NCBI GenBank assembly: GCA_965207455.1
Contig: CBDBMJ010000001.1
Location: 1,504,001 to 1,568,000 of the forward strand
Source: Bdellovibrionota bacterium
GTDB lineage: Bacteria > Bdellovibrionota > UBA1018 > CAIPTA01 > JAALKR01
DNA: 64,000 nt
Direction: 5' to 3'
Under the pieces are notes generated by a model. That model was not told the origin of the DNA. It did no database searches and saw only the letters and a list, made by a program, of their open reading frames with translations. The position numbers and the translations under genes were made by a program. This document shows positions 62,155 to 64,000 of this stretch, one piece after another; within the stretch, counting starts at the first letter, position 1, and each line of letters starts with the position of its first letter.

Positions 62155-63402
62155 CTACTGCAACAAATCGCTCTTAATTACACAAACACTTGCCTCTTCC
62201 GTACCCTTGCTATAGGAAGCTCTATTTCCTGCCGTTGGTATCATTCTTGTACTATCCGAATTTGGAGGTTCGGGAAGAACGTTACAAGCTATAGTTTCAC
62301 ATGCAACTCCAACGGACTCGTAGAGTACAAATTCCTTGCTAAAATCTTCCTTTTCTAAGCGAATATCTTCGAGAGAATCAACCTCCATTGGCTCGGATTT
62401 CTCTAATTTCTCTTTACTAGCGTCATCACCATCTGATTTTATACTCTCAATACTTTCTTTAAAATACGCTCTTTTTTCCATACCAGGTGGGCAAACTTTC
62501 GTGCCGTCACTTTCAAGTGTGTATGGACGAGAAGCATAGCCCTGAGTTTCACCTCCACCTATCTGTCCGGGAGCAGCGTTTAATTTTACTCGAGTGGTGA
62601 ATATCTCACTTCTTTGACCACCATAGAGACCAAACTCAGGTGTAGTGACTCGTCCGCAGCTAACTTTTTTTCTTATATCATTAGATCTACAAACTGGTGT
62701 TCTGTATAGTATATCTGGTCTCCAAAAATCTATGTTTCCACCCAAATCTTCAAGCGTATTAAATAAATAATAAGAAAACCTAGCTTGTAAAAAAAATAAA
62801 TTACCATTTGGCTTGCATATATTAGGAGGTGTGCCATCTGCAGCATCGTTGTAAAGATAGTTTAAGGAACATTCATATCGATAGATTTTTCTTAGGCGTA
62901 TTACCGGCGCATTGCCCAGAACTTGCTCCAAACTAAGACTCTTGTCGCCAGCGGGAATTTTAATAATCGGCACTCTATCGGTAGTTAAGCGTTCAAAAAC
63001 ATCTTTTATTCGCACATCAGTGTTAGTGCCTCTTCTTAATGGGCAATGGATAATATTTCCATCTTTGTAGTATTTCACCGTCTCGCTCACAGCTGATGGT
63101 TCTTCGTCCCTTTCATCTGCAAAAAGTTCGCAACGACAGATAGAGTTCCCAGACCCACAGATACTTAAAAACAGGGAAGAACTCCTGGCTGTGGCTCTTA
63201 AGAGAATCTCCTCTTCCCTTTCCAGCGCGTAGCTTAGCTGAAATTCCCCACCGCTGCTTGGTGAATCGATATCAGTTAGATCTGGATTCCCCAGTTGCTT
63301 AACTTTTGTACTACAGCCTGCCCCACAGAAAAGAAAAGCACTACACACAAGAATGGAAACAGGTCTATACATCAAGGGATTAAGTCCTTTGGGATCACAC
63401 AA
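62155..63402 (-). CDS. Cys-rich hypothetical lipoprotein-like protein (likely start 63372)
   Basis: Lipobox-like GAGC after a hydrophobic stretch; many Cys. Confidence 0.65.
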   Translation of the reverse strand: MCDPKGLNPLMYRPVSILVCSAFLFCGAGCSTKVKQLGNPDLTDIDSPSSGGEFQLSYALEREEEILLRATARSSSLFLSICGSGNSICRCELFADERDEEPSAVSETVKYYKDGNIIHCPLRRGTNTDVRIKDVFERLTTDRVPIIKIPAGDKSLSLEQVLGNAPVIRLRKIYRYECSLNYLYNDAADGTPPNICKPNGNLFFLQARFSYYLFNTLEDLGGNIDFWRPDILYRTPVCRSNDIRKKVSCGRVTTPEFGLYGGQRSEIFTTRVKLNAAPGQIGGGETQGYASRPYTLESDGTKVCPPGMEKRAYFKESIESIKSDGDDASKEKLEKSEPMEVDSLEDIRLEKEDFSKEFVLYESVGVACETIACNVLPEPPNSDSTRMIPTAGNRASYSKGTEEASVCVIKSDLLQ

Positions 63403-64000
63403 AAGGGCGAAGATTCGGAAACGTAGGGTATTTCAGTTTCATCGGGGTTGGGATAAGCAGCATCTCTGCAGGTTGAGCCATCCGTTTCATTGAGGCAAAT
63501 AAGTTGTTCAAGTGAAATGGGAAGAGTAGCTTTAGGATCGCTCTCCAGTTCTATCCTTGTGCTATTTTTATTGCCACTTGAGTTAATGAAAATACTCTTT
63601 TCTTTCGTGTAGGAGCTGGGAATGGCAAGTATTCGTTGGGCTTTTACCAGCCCGGGCGGGCAGGCAGAGTCGTTAGCTATGGAAACAGCATAAGCAGAAA
63701 ATTCCCTTCCACCTGAGTTTTCTTGGAAGTTTATTTGGTAAGTAAACTTTGTGTCTATATTTCCTTGAGGGTTTGCTGGATCGGGCACAACCCTTTCAGC
63801 TAAAAGACCAAAGAGAAGAGTTTTGCTACCATTGCAGGTAGTGCGCTTAACAATTACTCCATCTGAATTACTAGAATTTCTGCAAAGAGGATCATAATCT
63901 TCAGACTCTCCTTGATCTTCAAAATTATTAGTTCCATCCTCATTCAATTGTTCCCAAAGATTATAGAAGTAATCCAGCCTTATGGCACTCACAAGTGTTT
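63372..64000 (-). CDS. Cys-rich hypothetical protein, paralogous C-terminal domain (5' end probably outside window)
   Basis: Shares C..FGL, YA, CPPG and terminal CVI motifs with the downstream gene. Confidence 0.6.
   Translation of the reverse strand, partial: TLVSAIRLDYFYNLWEQLNEDGTNNFEDQGESEDYDPLCRNSSNSDGVIVKRTTCNGSKTLLFGLLAERVVPDPANPQGNIDTKFTYQINFQENSGGREFSAYAVSIANDSACPPGLVKAQRILAIPSSYTKEKSIFINSSGNKNSTRIELESDPKATLPISLEQLICLNETDGSTCRDAAYPNPDETEIPYVSESSPFCVIPKDLIP

Overview
Chromosomal segment of a low-GC Gram-negative bacterium. Gene content suggests Bdellovibrionota or a related deltaproteobacterial lineage (inference): pilMNOPQ, Tad/Flp genes, a stand-alone spd-type EF-G and many orphan exported proteins. 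Intact housekeeping blocks include pilMNOPQ, pcnB, serB, nadA, RNase P RNA, valS, metK, an M16 peptidase pair, lon, infA, galU, priA, lepB, lptG-def-fmt-rpe-hutHUI, citrate synthase, bolA and fusA. They alternate with AT-rich accessory patches after tRNA-Gly, inside the Tad region, after tRNA-Val and after hutI. Highlights: (1) a tandem array of six paralogous small outer-membrane beta-barrel genes with conserved leaders and variable loops; two share a 139/140-bp identical promoter+signal-peptide cassette, one is frameshifted in a C-run and one is cleanly interrupted by an intact IS66. (2) A tRNA-Ile(CAU) split by a 248-nt group I intron at the Azoarcus-type position. (3) A triplicated hutI 3' end linked to an inserted gene and a fragmented Flp-type pilin. 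(4) An unannotated 44-aa basic ORF upstream of metK. (5) Single-base frameshifts seen only in accessory exported-protein genes. No CRISPR array, integrase or reverse transcriptase is visible.
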